Positions 17,815 through 26,819 of a stretch of 64,000 nucleotides of DNA are shown here, piece after piece. Source of the stretch: an uncultured Patescibacteria group bacterium (lineage in GTDB: Bacteria; Patescibacteriota; Microgenomatia; UBA1400; PJMF01). Location of the stretch: contig CAJQIG010000002.1 in assembly GCA_905478415.1 (NCBI GenBank), forward strand, positions 186,699-250,698, given 5' to 3'. The stretch's first letter is position 1, and the number at the start of each line of letters is the position of its first letter. Below the pieces are notes generated by a model. The model searched no databases. It was given only the letters and a program-made list of their open reading frames with translations, and was not told the DNA's origin. Both the position numbers and the translations under genes were made by a program.

Positions 17815-17941
17815 CAGAGTGGGTAGTTAACTTGAAAAGTTGCCGATTTGCTCAAGATCAAACTATGTCGAGGTGATATAATTTGTGAAGGTTTCTGGAT
17901 GAATAGTGCAGAGATTTTGTTTTTTAATGTCTTTGAAAGAT

Positions 17942-18023
17942 GCCAGGTTACTCAAGCGGTCAACGAGGACAGACTGTAAATCTGTTGGCTCAGCCTTCGT
18001 AGGTTCGAATCCTACACCTGGCA
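17942..18023 (+). tRNA. tRNA-Tyr (anticodon GTA), class II long variable arm
   Basis: acceptor gccaggt/acctggc, anticodon stem acaga/tctgt with loop CTGTAAA, variable arm ggctcagccttcgt, T-loop TTCGAAT. Confidence 0.85.
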
Positions 18024-18041
18024 CAACTATAATAGTAAGGT

Positions 18042-18115
18042 GCCACCTTAGCTCAGTTGGTTAGAGCGACGGTTTTGTAAACCGTAGGTCCAGGGTTCGA
18101 ATCCCTGAGGTGGCT
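18042..18115 (+). tRNA. tRNA-Thr (anticodon TGT)
   Basis: acceptor gccacct/aggtggc, anticodon loop TTTGTAA, T-loop TTCGAAT. Confidence 0.85.
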
Positions 18116-18192
18116 CAAGCATTTTGACTGGCGTATTTACGCATGGTCATTCGTTTGATATAATACCCGTCTGAAAAGAAAAGAAAGTTAGT

Positions 18193-18393
18193 ATGGCAAG
18201 CAAGAAAAAAGGTCCACGACAACACGTCGGCTTGAAGTGTAAAGAATGTAACGCTTTTGGGTACGTGACCGCATTTAATAAAAATAATGAACAACTTAAG
18301 AAACAAGCAGGAGGTTCTACTTTCCCGCTGAACAAGTACTGCAAAAAGTGTCGCAAGCACACGGAGCATGTACAGTCTAAGAAACTTAAGTAA
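18193..18393 (+). CDS. rpmG: 50S ribosomal protein L33
   Basis: 66 aa; CKECNAFGYVT...CKKCRKHTEH zinc-ribbon pattern. Confidence 0.85.
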   Translation: MASKKKGPRQHVGLKCKECNAFGYVTAFNKNNEQLKKQAGGSTFPLNKYCKKCRKHTEHVQSKKLK

Positions 18394-18417
18394 TCGTTTC
18401 ACCTACATAAAAATTGA

Positions 18418-18446
18418 GAACCGCACTGAAAAGTGCGGTTTTTTGT
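18418..18446 (+). terminator. rho-independent terminator after rpmG
   Basis: aaccgcac-tgaaaa-gtgcggtt followed by ttttt. Confidence 0.6.
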
Positions 18447-18502
18447 ACTGAAAAATAGTAGTAACATCCCATATGATATAATAGGAGTCTTAAATGAGTA
18501 CC

Positions 18503-18532
18503 AGCACCGGCCTTCGCGCCGGTGCTTTTTTT
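18503..18532 (+). terminator. GC-rich hairpin plus T-run (copy 1 of an identical 31-nt element)
   Basis: cagcaccggccttcgcgccggtgcttttttt. Confidence 0.5.
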
Positions 18533-18743
18533 GCTTATATATTGATCTTTTACACCTCATATGATATATTATGAGCTAGTTACATTGCTTTTTAAAATAA
18601 TAACTTTTGGCTACAACAGCGAATACATCATGCTTTTTACGAAGTCTGGGTGTGTTGACTGTTGTGGTCAAGAGTATTGTTACGATTGACTGCACAAAAA
18701 TTTTTTCAACTTTTTCCACCTAATAATCAAAAGGAGCAAGAAA

Positions 18744-19067
18744 ATGGAAAATGAAATGTTGCAGTTAGCTGGTGCTGAGGTTTCAGAACGTGTTGAGTTG
18801 GTAATTGCCGACCCCGAACATGATCGTCACCTGGATCTGTGTGGATTCCTACAAGTCGGACCAACATTGGTGGTCCGGATTCAGGAAGAAACCAGTATCT
18901 ACCAACTCCCCGATGAGTTGGAGTGGGATTGGGACGAGGTCGATTGCGGCCGCGAAACGGCTGGCCAGCTCATGGAGGCTGAGCAACTGCCCTATGAACT
19001 GACCAAGCACTTGGTCATTACAGCAGTCGCCACGAGCATTCTTGAAGCGTTTCTCAGCATGCGGTAG
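18744..19067 (+). CDS. hypothetical protein in a locally GC-rich (~53% GC) segment
   Basis: 107-aa ORF; composition clearly differs from the ~39% GC background; flanked by identical hairpins. Confidence 0.3.
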   Translation: MENEMLQLAGAEVSERVELVIADPEHDRHLDLCGFLQVGPTLVVRIQEETSIYQLPDELEWDWDEVDCGRETAGQLMEAEQLPYELTKHLVITAVATSILEAFLSMR

Positions 19068-19090
19068 AACCTTCAAGCAGCAATGTAGCA

Positions 19091-19121
19091 CAGCACCGGC
19101 CTTCGCGCCGGTGCTTTTTTT
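19091..19121 (+). terminator. GC-rich hairpin plus T-run (copy 2, identical to 18503..18532)
   Basis: cagcaccggccttcgcgccggtgcttttttt. Confidence 0.5.
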
Positions 19122-19124
19122 CGT

Positions 19125-19740
19125 AGCGAGGAAACTCCGGACAGTTCATCCATTGGAGCGAAGCGATAGTGTCCGGGGATGAACGCCTCATAGCACCGAA
19201 GGTGCTATGATGTCATCATGAAAACCCGGAAGTTAAATCATAGTGTGTATAAACACCAATATCACTTGGTATGGGGGACGAAATATCGTCGGAAATTTTT
19301 CAAGAAGTATGTTGGAGATGAATTTGAACATCTTCTATACGAATTAGTTAAAAAGAAGTATCCAGATTTATATATCGAAGCGGTTAATACAGACCAGGAT
19401 CATGTACATATACAGATAGAAATACCACCAACATATGCAGTGTCAGACGTAGTAAAGCGAATAAAATGGCATAGTAGTGTGTACCTCAAGAAGAAGTTCA
19501 AATTTATCGATAGAATGTATATAAATGGAAACATTTGGGGTGTGGGATATTACTCATCAACCATAGGATTGGACGAAGAAACAATTAGAAAATACATAGA
19601 ATATCAGGGGAAAGAAGAAGTCCTCCAGACACCGAGTCTATTTGAATAAAATTTTCATGAGAACTTGACCTTTAGGTCATTGCGAAGCAAATAGGAAACC
19701 CCGGACATTGGCGTAGCTGTCCGGGGAGGACGTCATTTTA
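19125..19740 (+). mobile_element. IS200/IS605-family insertion sequence (tnpA only) with subterminal hairpins
   Basis: left-end hairpin tccggaca...tgtccgggga (19136-19179) and right-end hairpin ccccggaca...tgtccgggg (19699-19727) in the same orientation flank a Y1 HUH transposase gene. Confidence 0.6.
19218..19649 (+). CDS. tnpA: IS200/IS605-family Y1 (HUH) transposase TnpA
   Basis: YHLVWGTKYRRK, HUH motif DHVHIQIEI, catalytic-Tyr region WGVGYYSSTIG; 143 aa. Confidence 0.8.
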   Translation: MKTRKLNHSVYKHQYHLVWGTKYRRKFFKKYVGDEFEHLLYELVKKKYPDLYIEAVNTDQDHVHIQIEIPPTYAVSDVVKRIKWHSSVYLKKKFKFIDRMYINGNIWGVGYYSSTIGLDEETIRKYIEYQGKEEVLQTPSLFE

Positions 19741-19791
19741 CAAAAACCAAAAAACACAACTAGTTTTCTCAAGAAAAACCGCTTAGTGGTA

Positions 19792-21108
19792 TTATTTTAC
19801 CGATTTTACAACTTTTATGATATGTTGGGCGCCGTGTGTGAGTGACGTGGGGAGGGCGTGAGCGTTGAGCATAGCTTGTTCAATCCATGAATGTTGTTTA
19901 CCACGGGTTGAAAGTAAGCTTTCGAGCTGAGGCACAATTGAGTCCAAGACAATTCGACGACCAATTTGTTTTTGTTCGAATACTTCACGAATTCGTTCTT
20001 CCCACGGTCCCCATTCGTCCAGTGTCAGCAAAAAGCTGCCGGCAGCAGCTGCATCGTAGGCCATATCGCCGGAAGGTTTGGTGATAAAACCATCGGCCCA
20101 TGGGAAGCCGTAGGTTTGGAGTTTTTCATTCGCGTCTACAATCTGTGGATGGTAGAGAACCCGGAGTGGGGCATTTTTATCTGTTTCATCAAATACTTTG
20201 ACACGGTGTTTTTTTGCGAGTTCGAGTACACTTTTATAAATATCTTCGTGCGTGCCACAGTAGATGAGCAAACTGAGTTTTCGGGTTTTTCTTCTAAGCT
20301 CTGGCAGTAGTTGTTCGAGCGCAATCAGTAGTTCTGGCTTGTTGGTTCCAAGTCCGCCAGTAGTGAGGCAAAGTTTGAGAATTCCACTGCGGTGAGGATG
20401 TTTTGTTTCTTTGGCTTTGAGGGTGCGAGGGTCGATGGGGGCGCCAGTGACAAAAATTCTACTTGGTTCGGCCGCTATCCCAAGCAACGCTGCTTTTTCG
20501 AGAAACTCTGTTTTGGTATTTTCATCAAACACACAGAAGTACATATTTTTTCTATATGAGTTGGTGACGTACTCATCCCGAACATGAGGATCAGTAATGA
20601 CCTGGACGATAGTTTTACCTTGAGAAGCCAAAATATTTCCTGCCGCAATATGAAGTGACAGAATAGGATGTTTAATTCCGGCTGTGACGTATAAAAGTGG
20701 GGGAGTAATACTATCAAGAATCGGTAGCTTACTACGTCCAAACCTGTCAATAAAGGCTTTAATGGTCTGGAGAATACTGTACCGAGCAATAGTCTTGCCA
20801 ATTTCTTCGGTGAGCACAATTGATTTCCAATCTTTTTTGGAAACATAATTCGTTGGGTCAAGGACCCAAGCTTTGGTGTGATCAACTTTTTTGCCCCAAG
20901 CCGCCGTAGCGATTGCTAGAGCCATGGAGTAGTGAGCTCTAGAGAACACAATATCGGGGGTATCGTCCCGAGCGGGGAGGCCATGCATTTCTTTTAGATC
21001 CTCTTTGTAGCTGCTCGAAACGGTGATGATTGGGACTTCAGTTTTTTCGAGAAAGAGCTTATCTTCTTTGAGTGTTTTAATGAGGAAGGGGTCGAATAGT
21101 TCGGGCAT
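19792..21108 (-). CDS. glycosyltransferase, MGDG-synthase/UgtP-like (GT28-like)
   Basis: C-terminal PWADGFITKPSGDMAYDAAAAG resembles the Glyco_tran_28_C / diacylglycerol glycosyltransferase C-terminus; 438 aa. Confidence 0.45.
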   Translation of the reverse strand: MPELFDPFLIKTLKEDKLFLEKTEVPIITVSSSYKEDLKEMHGLPARDDTPDIVFSRAHYSMALAIATAAWGKKVDHTKAWVLDPTNYVSKKDWKSIVLTEEIGKTIARYSILQTIKAFIDRFGRSKLPILDSITPPLLYVTAGIKHPILSLHIAAGNILASQGKTIVQVITDPHVRDEYVTNSYRKNMYFCVFDENTKTEFLEKAALLGIAAEPSRIFVTGAPIDPRTLKAKETKHPHRSGILKLCLTTGGLGTNKPELLIALEQLLPELRRKTRKLSLLIYCGTHEDIYKSVLELAKKHRVKVFDETDKNAPLRVLYHPQIVDANEKLQTYGFPWADGFITKPSGDMAYDAAAAGSFLLTLDEWGPWEERIREVFEQKQIGRRIVLDSIVPQLESLLSTRGKQHSWIEQAMLNAHALPTSLTHGAQHIIKVVKSVK

Positions 21109-21218
21109 ATAGTTTTAGTATAGCGTATTGTGGTTTTTGTTTACATTAGGAAGAAAAGATTCCTTTTTAACCTGTTTTTTGGTAGGCTCAAGATAGTTTT
21201 ATATGAGAAGAGGATAGA

Positions 21219-21650
21219 ATGCTTGAACCAAACTCGTTTTTAAATGAAGGTCACCATGATCATGTGAAGGGGGTACTTGCAAAGTACGAGGACAAACTTT
21301 CAGTGGATGCACTTCGTGATGCTGAAGTACAGAAAAAACTAACCTACGCACTTGAACAGCAACTTCATCAATGGGAAACAATTACTAGCGGAGTCCAGAC
21401 TGCGTTAGATGCCGGGTTGTTTGCGCAAGGAGTTCCGAGAGAGTTTGTTGAATCGTTTTCTCAACAGTTAGAAACAAATAGTGCAAACTTAGACATACTT
21501 TTCAAAGCTGCTGAAGAGGTTAGCACGTTAGTACCCGATGAGAGCGAACTGGTAGATACTCTATCAGAGTACCAAGCCCGAATTAGGATTAGAATAGAAG
21601 AATGTCACTTAGCATTAAAAGAATTAAAAAAAGTCAAAGTAACAGACTAA
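21219..21650 (+). CDS. hypothetical protein
   Basis: 143-aa ORF, helical and acidic, no recognisable motif. Confidence 0.35.
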   Translation: MLEPNSFLNEGHHDHVKGVLAKYEDKLSVDALRDAEVQKKLTYALEQQLHQWETITSGVQTALDAGLFAQGVPREFVESFSQQLETNSANLDILFKAAEEVSTLVPDESELVDTLSEYQARIRIRIEECHLALKELKKVKVTD

Positions 21651-22150
21651 AGTGCTTGGAATATTCCCTCAAGGATGTGTTTAGCAGGCGCAGGATCACC
21701 ATCATCTGGTTCCAGAGTTAGGACGTATTTGCTGTGATCTGTGAGATCTTTGCTATCTATAAATGTATTAGTATAGGTGCCATCTTCACTTTTTTCAGCA
21801 ACCCCTGTGCTAATTATACTTAAAGGAGCAGGGCGTACAATCCAGCCTTCGTAGAAATCTGTACCTTCTGGGTCTGGCAAGTTTTCGAGTGGGGCAATCA
21901 TGCGGTACTCATTTTCAATAAATCCTGCCATAACCGTGCCAGAACCACCACTATTAGCTACGTCCTCAAGGAGTGCTTCGAACTGGTACTGTGTGAGTTG
22001 AGTATCGACTATTTGGTCTGGATTTTCAGTTGCATTTAGAGCTTCAGGAACTTCCGGAGGAAGTGATGGGGTTGCAGGAGTATTTTTTGTGCATCCAGCT
22101 ATCAGTATGCTTGTGGCTCCTAAAAGGAGTAAAAAGAGAGTTTTTTTCAT
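21647..22150 (-). CDS. lipoprotein (start at internal Met)
   Basis: MKKTLFLLLLGATSILIAGC signal peptide with lipobox. Confidence 0.5.
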   Translation of the reverse strand: MKKTLFLLLLGATSILIAGCTKNTPATPSLPPEVPEALNATENPDQIVDTQLTQYQFEALLEDVANSGGSGTVMAGFIENEYRMIAPLENLPDPEGTDFYEGWIVRPAPLSIISTGVAEKSEDGTYTNTFIDSKDLTDHSKYVLTLEPDDGDPAPAKHILEGIFQAL

Positions 22151-22316
22151 GTAGTAAAAGTATAGCAGGTTACTGTAGATAATAAAAAAAGGCGGCGAGT
22201 TCGGTGACTCGCCGCTAGTAGTAACAGAGAATCTAGTCGTTTGGAGAAACAAGAAAGAACGGTCCAAGGATACTTACAGCACTCAGCACTCTCAATAAAT
22301 GATAGTATATTCTGAA

Positions 22317-22646
22317 ATGTCAAAAAAACCACATATTTTAGTCATCTGTTCGCGAAACAAGAAAAGAAGTCTGACTGCTGAGAGAATGTATAAAAATGAC
22401 CAGCGTCTTGTAGTACGTTCGGCAGGAACGAGTCCAAGAGCGATACACAGAGTTACGAAGCAGGATATTACTTGGGCAGATAGTATTTTGTGTATGGAAA
22501 ATAAGCATCGAGATATGCTACAAAAAACATTTGGCAAGAGTAGTCTGCCTACGCTTTGGGTAGCAGATATAGAAGACGAATATGAATATATGGATCTAGA
22601 ACTTGTCGAGATGTTACAGGTTGAGATTGAAAGAGTTATTTCATAA
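22317..22646 (+). CDS. low-molecular-weight phosphotyrosine phosphatase / arsenate reductase-like protein
   Basis: MSKKPHILVICSRNKKRS contains the CX5R(S) P-loop; small size. Confidence 0.4.
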   Translation: MSKKPHILVICSRNKKRSLTAERMYKNDQRLVVRSAGTSPRAIHRVTKQDITWADSILCMENKHRDMLQKTFGKSSLPTLWVADIEDEYEYMDLELVEMLQVEIERVIS

Positions 22647-22726
22647 TAAACGAAGAGCCCCGACAAATCTTCCTCTCACACAGAGCACATTTGCAAATAT
22701 ACTCACGGAGTCTCTATACTAGTAGT

Positions 22727-23362
22727 ATGTCTAACTTTGAAAGAGTAGTGGTGTTTCTGTTGTTTATTGTATTTTGCTTGATCAGCACGCTCTTTGTGCT
22801 TTTTTTTAAGACGGATGCCATCCCAAAAACTATTTCTCAAACTAGTGAGGGCAAAACTGAGAATACAGTTGCTCCATCTCTGCAACAAACTCAAGCGTTA
22901 CTCGAGCAAGTAGATGCATTAGCAGCAAGTTCATCAGCTCTATTAGAGAGAATTCAGATACTTGAAGAAGATTTGCAAAAAAAAACTAGTGTGCAAAAAA
23001 GTGCAGCTCCTGCCTTTCAAAAACAAATTATCTATATTGGATCTGCCAGTACGAAGGAGCGCGAGTGGACGGATTCTGGGGTAGAAGTGACATTGGATAG
23101 TGCTGATTATCCCTCAAATGTCACAGCTGCATTTGAAGTTGGCCTCTCGATTGTGGGAGGAGAGGCTTGGGCCAGGTTGCTCAACAAGACTACTGGAGCT
23201 ATACTGGCTATTACGGAAGTGTCACACGCCTCGAGTACGACGACTTGGAAAACATCCCCAGTATTTACACTACACCCCGGAAAAAATACGTACATACTCG
23301 AGATAAAGTCTAGCAGTGGTGAAACGGCCAGCTTTTCTGGGGCCCGGGTGGTGATAGAGTAA
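22727..23362 (+). CDS. membrane-anchored hypothetical protein
   Basis: N-terminal TM (VVVFLLFIVFCLISTLFVLFF), coiled-coil segment, beta-rich C-terminus. Confidence 0.4.
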   Translation: MSNFERVVVFLLFIVFCLISTLFVLFFKTDAIPKTISQTSEGKTENTVAPSLQQTQALLEQVDALAASSSALLERIQILEEDLQKKTSVQKSAAPAFQKQIIYIGSASTKEREWTDSGVEVTLDSADYPSNVTAAFEVGLSIVGGEAWARLLNKTTGAILAITEVSHASSTTTWKTSPVFTLHPGKNTYILEIKSSSGETASFSGARVVIE

Positions 23363-23497
23363 GTGGAACCTATTTATAGATTAATATCTGTTTTACCCTC
23401 AACATAATCACGAATTAAAACCCCAAGCAGAGTTTGATATGGAATATTTTTTGCCTTTAAACATACTAGAGTATTTTTACTACACAGACAGGAAATC

Positions 23498-24115
23498 ATG
23501 AGTGAGAACCCCCTGGATAGGATAAAATATAGGCAGTTCCAAAACACCTTAGAGAACAGAGGTGGAAGCGAGACGATTATTCGTAGTATGTCTAACATAC
23601 TAAAAAAGATGGCGGAAAATAACGTTTCGACAGTATTTTTTCTTGATCGATCAGCAAGACCTTTGGCCTATTTAGCCAAGGAAATGTGGCAGGTTATGTA
23701 CCAGGGACGTGAATTTCCCGCGGTACGATTCATAAATATTGGAAAAGAGACGAGTCAAAAAGATATTAATCAATCTGGTGGAGTAGGTGATATCTATTCG
23801 ATTCCAGACGATGGCACTATAATGATTATTGACGAATTTGTGATGCATGGGCACTCTCTCAGGAGAGCCAAAGAGCTCTTAGATAAGTCTTTTCCTAATA
23901 GAGAATTTATTACCATTTCACCGTACTTACATGAATTTAGAGAGTTGCCGGCGATCTTCAAGGGTATTGAAGACAGGTCAGTTGAAGGTCCGATGAAGTT
24001 TGTTGCGCAGCCTCACTCAGATCAAAGTTCAGTTGAAGCACGAATAAAATTGAGGAAATACCTCAAGGAGTTTGTCAAAAATAATGCTGAAAAAATTAAG
24101 GAGACTACGGAGTGA
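23498..24115 (+). CDS. phosphoribosyltransferase-fold hypothetical protein
   Basis: TIMIIDEFVMHGHSL resembles the PRTase type-I PRPP-binding motif. Confidence 0.3.
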   Translation: MSENPLDRIKYRQFQNTLENRGGSETIIRSMSNILKKMAENNVSTVFFLDRSARPLAYLAKEMWQVMYQGREFPAVRFINIGKETSQKDINQSGGVGDIYSIPDDGTIMIIDEFVMHGHSLRRAKELLDKSFPNREFITISPYLHEFRELPAIFKGIEDRSVEGPMKFVAQPHSDQSSVEARIKLRKYLKEFVKNNAEKIKETTE

Positions 24116-24123
24116 CTAATTTT

Positions 24124-24154
24124 GCGGGGACTAGTGACGGATGTTCGAACCTAT
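24124..24154 (+). repeat. cassette-boundary repeat R1 (degenerate copy of the tRNA-Trp 3' end)
   Basis: gcggggactagtgacggatgttcgaacctat; reverse complement ggttcgaacatccgtcactagtccccgc aligns with the tRNA-Trp 3' end ggttcgattccctctggccctgc. Confidence 0.6.
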
Positions 24155-24155
24155 A

Positions 24156-24419
24156 TCAGTATTGATCATGGTTTACTAAATCAAAAAAGATGTAAACATC
24201 ATCTTCTTTAATTGCCAATGCTCTCAAATCTCCTTTTATTCGAATAGCATACTGACTAGATCTTTCACCTTTTAATCTATGCAAACGCAACCCCATATGA
24301 TAGGGATTTTCTTTAAATTTTTTAAACTGTTTTCTAAAAATTTTATCCAAAAGAGGATTTTTATTCTTAAACTTTACTACTTTTCTCTTAAATGACTCTG
24401 TATAAACAACTTTTATCAT
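24156..24419 (-). CDS. type II toxin, RelE/ParE superfamily
   Basis: 87 aa; RLHRLKGERSSQYAIRIKGDLRALAIKEDDVYIFFDLVNHDQY matches the RelE-family C-terminal pattern; overlaps the upstream antitoxin by 4 nt. Confidence 0.55.
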   Translation of the reverse strand: MIKVVYTESFKRKVVKFKNKNPLLDKIFRKQFKKFKENPYHMGLRLHRLKGERSSQYAIRIKGDLRALAIKEDDVYIFFDLVNHDQY

Positions 24420-24673
24420 AAAGAGTCAAAAAATTCATCAACATTAATCATTTCGTGGGTTTTTCCCAAACGATGCTCTTCCAAAGCCTTTAAGCCACTT
24501 TCTTCTGTTTTCTTACTCATTTTAAAAGTTGGAACTTCATTTTTCAAAATTTCTTCTGAGGCTTTACTTATAAAAAAACGAATAGTTTTGGGTAAATTAT
24601 ACCCAAATTGAGAACCATAATTTTTTAAAAGGGTAGCTTCTTGAGTTGTAAGAGTTAATTGAACTTTAGTCAT
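24416..24673 (-). CDS. putative antitoxin
   Basis: 85-aa ORF immediately upstream of and translationally coupled to the toxin. Confidence 0.4.
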   Translation of the reverse strand: MTKVQLTLTTQEATLLKNYGSQFGYNLPKTIRFFISKASEEILKNEVPTFKMSKKTEESGLKALEEHRLGKTHEMINVDEFFDSL

Positions 24674-24738
24674 ATGTATTAGTATTATATTATAAAATCA
24701 TTGTTTTGTAAATACTTTAATACTACTTTTGATATTTC

Positions 24739-24769
24739 TTGGGGATTAGTGAAGGATGTTCGAACCTAT
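24739..24769 (+). repeat. cassette-boundary repeat R2
   Basis: ttggggattagtgaaggatgttcgaacctat; abuts the stop codon of the YoeB-like gene. Confidence 0.6.
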
Positions 24770-25044
24770 TTGTACACCTGATCATGAGTTCCAAAACTAA
24801 AAAAAACAATTTTAGACATGTTTCCATCCTGATTATAGTAATAAAGTAATCGATGGGACATATCTACAGAAATACTCCAACTCTCTCTTTGACCTCCGCT
24901 CAATTTGTGGAGTCGTAATGACGGATGATTTTTGTTCTGTTCGAACAATACTAACTGCTTTTTAATTTTTGTGAATAACTGTGTATCGTTTTTTTTAACT
25001 CTTTGCAATTGCTTCAAACATTTTGGTGAAAACGCAATTTCCAT
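24766..25044 (-). CDS. yoeB: type II toxin, YoeB/Txe family
   Basis: HPSLRLHKLSGGQRESWSISVDMSHRLLYYY...FGTHDQVY matches the YoeB pattern (KHNLSGFWSRRI..EHRLVY..RYHY). Confidence 0.65.
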   Translation of the reverse strand: MEIAFSPKCLKQLQRVKKNDTQLFTKIKKQLVLFEQNKNHPSLRLHKLSGGQRESWSISVDMSHRLLYYYNQDGNMSKIVFFSFGTHDQVYK

Positions 25045-25046
25045 TG

Positions 25047-25307
25047 CTATAGATCCTGGAGCAACTTGCCAACGTCATTAGTTTGGATTAAATCTCCAGT
25101 TTTTTCTGCCTCTACAGCCTCTTTAAGATCGTTAGTTGATTGACTGGACATTTCAAAAACAGGATAGTCAACGTCTTGAACATCATTTATCACTAAATTT
25201 CTGATGTAAGCTGATAAGCTAAGACCGTATTTATTAGCTTTAGTCTGCAAGTAACCTTGCAACTGGACTGGTAATGTAACTCTAATTTGAGTAGTTTGTG
25301 TTTGCAT
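25047..25307 (-). CDS. putative antitoxin paired with the YoeB-like toxin
   Basis: 86 aa; 2-nt gap to the toxin gene; IRVTLPVQLQGYL N-terminus. Confidence 0.45.
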   Translation of the reverse strand: MQTQTTQIRVTLPVQLQGYLQTKANKYGLSLSAYIRNLVINDVQDVDYPVFEMSSQSTNDLKEAVEAEKTGDLIQTNDVGKLLQDL

Positions 25308-25370
25308 AAAGCCATTATAGTCTAATTAAAGCATTTATCAAGTACTAATCAAGGCTATTTTGTGTACTTT

Positions 25371-25401
25371 TCAGGGCCTAGTGAAAAATGTTGGAACCCA
25401 T
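25371..25401 (+). repeat. cassette-boundary repeat R3
   Basis: tcagggcctagtgaaaaatgttggaacccat; reverse complement contains ggccctg identical to the tRNA-Trp acceptor 3' strand. Confidence 0.6.
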
Positions 25402-25429
25402 ATCAACTGTAAGTACATGACTTCATTTG

Positions 25430-26032
25430 CTATTTATCAAAAACAACAACAATGCCATCAATGCTTTTCTTAAATTCAGAACATCTTTGATCATTATATC
25501 TTTGGGTGATTTTATCCATTACTTTGGAATCAACCCCGTTAAATTCCCAAGAATCACTTAGCCTGCTGCTAAAAAATAATGTATCGAATTTAATGACAAT
25601 TTTAAGTGTTTTTAAACTATCAGGTGAAAGATTAAAAAACCAATGAATTAAATCATTAAAAGCAGCATGATGACAACCTTCTACAGGAGTTGTTTCCCCA
25701 CCCATTAACATTACTTCCAATAAACTTGCCCCATCTTTTGACAATAATGCCGTTAAGTCTTCGGGGTTGATAATATCATAGTCATGACCATATTTTTTTC
25801 GTCTTTCTAAAGCAATATTGGGATGATTGTTGAGATAGCTAGAGACAACATGTGGAGCATTTACATATAGACCCCAATGTGCATCTTTTGACTTAAAACC
25901 TGTTACACATATATTTAAATTATACCTTTGATCATCAAAAATTGCTTGCATAGCCTCTCGAGCAGGTTCTTTATAATAAACTTCTCTAATAGGGTGTATT
26001 GCTAAAGCAACGCTTAGATTTTCATTTAACAT
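25430..26032 (-). CDS. hypothetical protein (cassette cargo)
   Basis: 200-aa ORF, no recognisable motif. Confidence 0.4.
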   Translation of the reverse strand: MLNENLSVALAIHPIREVYYKEPAREAMQAIFDDQRYNLNICVTGFKSKDAHWGLYVNAPHVVSSYLNNHPNIALERRKKYGHDYDIINPEDLTALLSKDGASLLEVMLMGGETTPVEGCHHAAFNDLIHWFFNLSPDSLKTLKIVIKFDTLFFSSRLSDSWEFNGVDSKVMDKITQRYNDQRCSEFKKSIDGIVVVFDK

Positions 26033-26107
26033 ATTTACCTCTATTCTCTTCTAAAATATCTGTTTATATTTTTAATTCAGCATTCAGCAAACTTATATAA
26101 TAAATAC

Positions 26108-26142
26108 AAGGGGCTTGTTACTTGAGGGATGTTCGAACCTAT
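26108..26142 (+). repeat. cassette-boundary repeat R4 (5' half diverged)
   Basis: ggggcttgttacttgagggatgttcgaacctat. Confidence 0.5.
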
Positions 26143-26152
26143 TTTAAGCTCG

Positions 26153-26806
26153 TCACTTCTTCCTAGCAACCACCACAAAATATTTTAATACTCCAAAATA
26201 GCGAAGTGTTTTTTCTTCAACTACTATATTGCCCGCAGCCTTTATGTAATTTGATAGCTCTTTTTGTTTATACATCACATCATAAGGATGATCTAATATT
26301 ATTCTAAGAAGTTTACCTAGCGGAGATTCAAACGTTTCAATTGAAAAATCCTCCATAATTATCAGTCCCTTAGGTTTTAAAGTTCTCGTTATCTCTTTAA
26401 CTGCTTTCTTCCATTCTGGAATGTGATGAAGAACTCCAAAGTCAAACACTGCATCAAAGGTATTGTCTTTGAACGGCAATTTTGTCGTACTTGCTACTTG
26501 AAAATCAATGTTTTTATTAGAATACTTTCCTTGAGCGATACTAATCATTTTTGAATCAAGGTCAGTAGCAATGATTTTTCTGGGAGAAAAGTGCTTCATG
26601 ATAAGTTGACTACCATATCCACTACCACATCCAATTTCTAATGTCTTATTTATCTTCCCTGGATTAACTAACTTTCTGAGTCGTGGTATCTCCAAAGTAC
26701 TTTGAAACAACCGACGCATTGGGTTATTCATTAGTAGGAATTCAATAGTATTGAGAATCATGAATGTAGTATACCATGTGATTAAAAAGAAACCATTTAT
26801 AGGCAA
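26153..26806 (-). CDS. class I SAM-dependent methyltransferase (true start possibly at an internal Met near 26731)
   Basis: LEIGCGSGYGSQ motif I and downstream methyltransferase motifs. Confidence 0.65.
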   Translation of the reverse strand: MPINGFFLITWYTTFMILNTIEFLLMNNPMRRLFQSTLEIPRLRKLVNPGKINKTLEIGCGSGYGSQLIMKHFSPRKIIATDLDSKMISIAQGKYSNKNIDFQVASTTKLPFKDNTFDAVFDFGVLHHIPEWKKAVKEITRTLKPKGLIIMEDFSIETFESPLGKLLRIILDHPYDVMYKQKELSNYIKAAGNIVVEEKTLRYFGVLKYFVVVARKK

Positions 26807-26819
26807 ATATTGCTGTTTT

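Noticed and set aside
22190-22225. Hairpin ggcggcgagt-tcggtg-actcgccgc in the divergent region between the lipoprotein gene and the LMW-PTP-like gene
   Set aside because: Neither flanking gene ends there, so it is not placed as a terminator. It could be an operator or an mRNA 5' stem. Evidence is insufficient to call it a feature.
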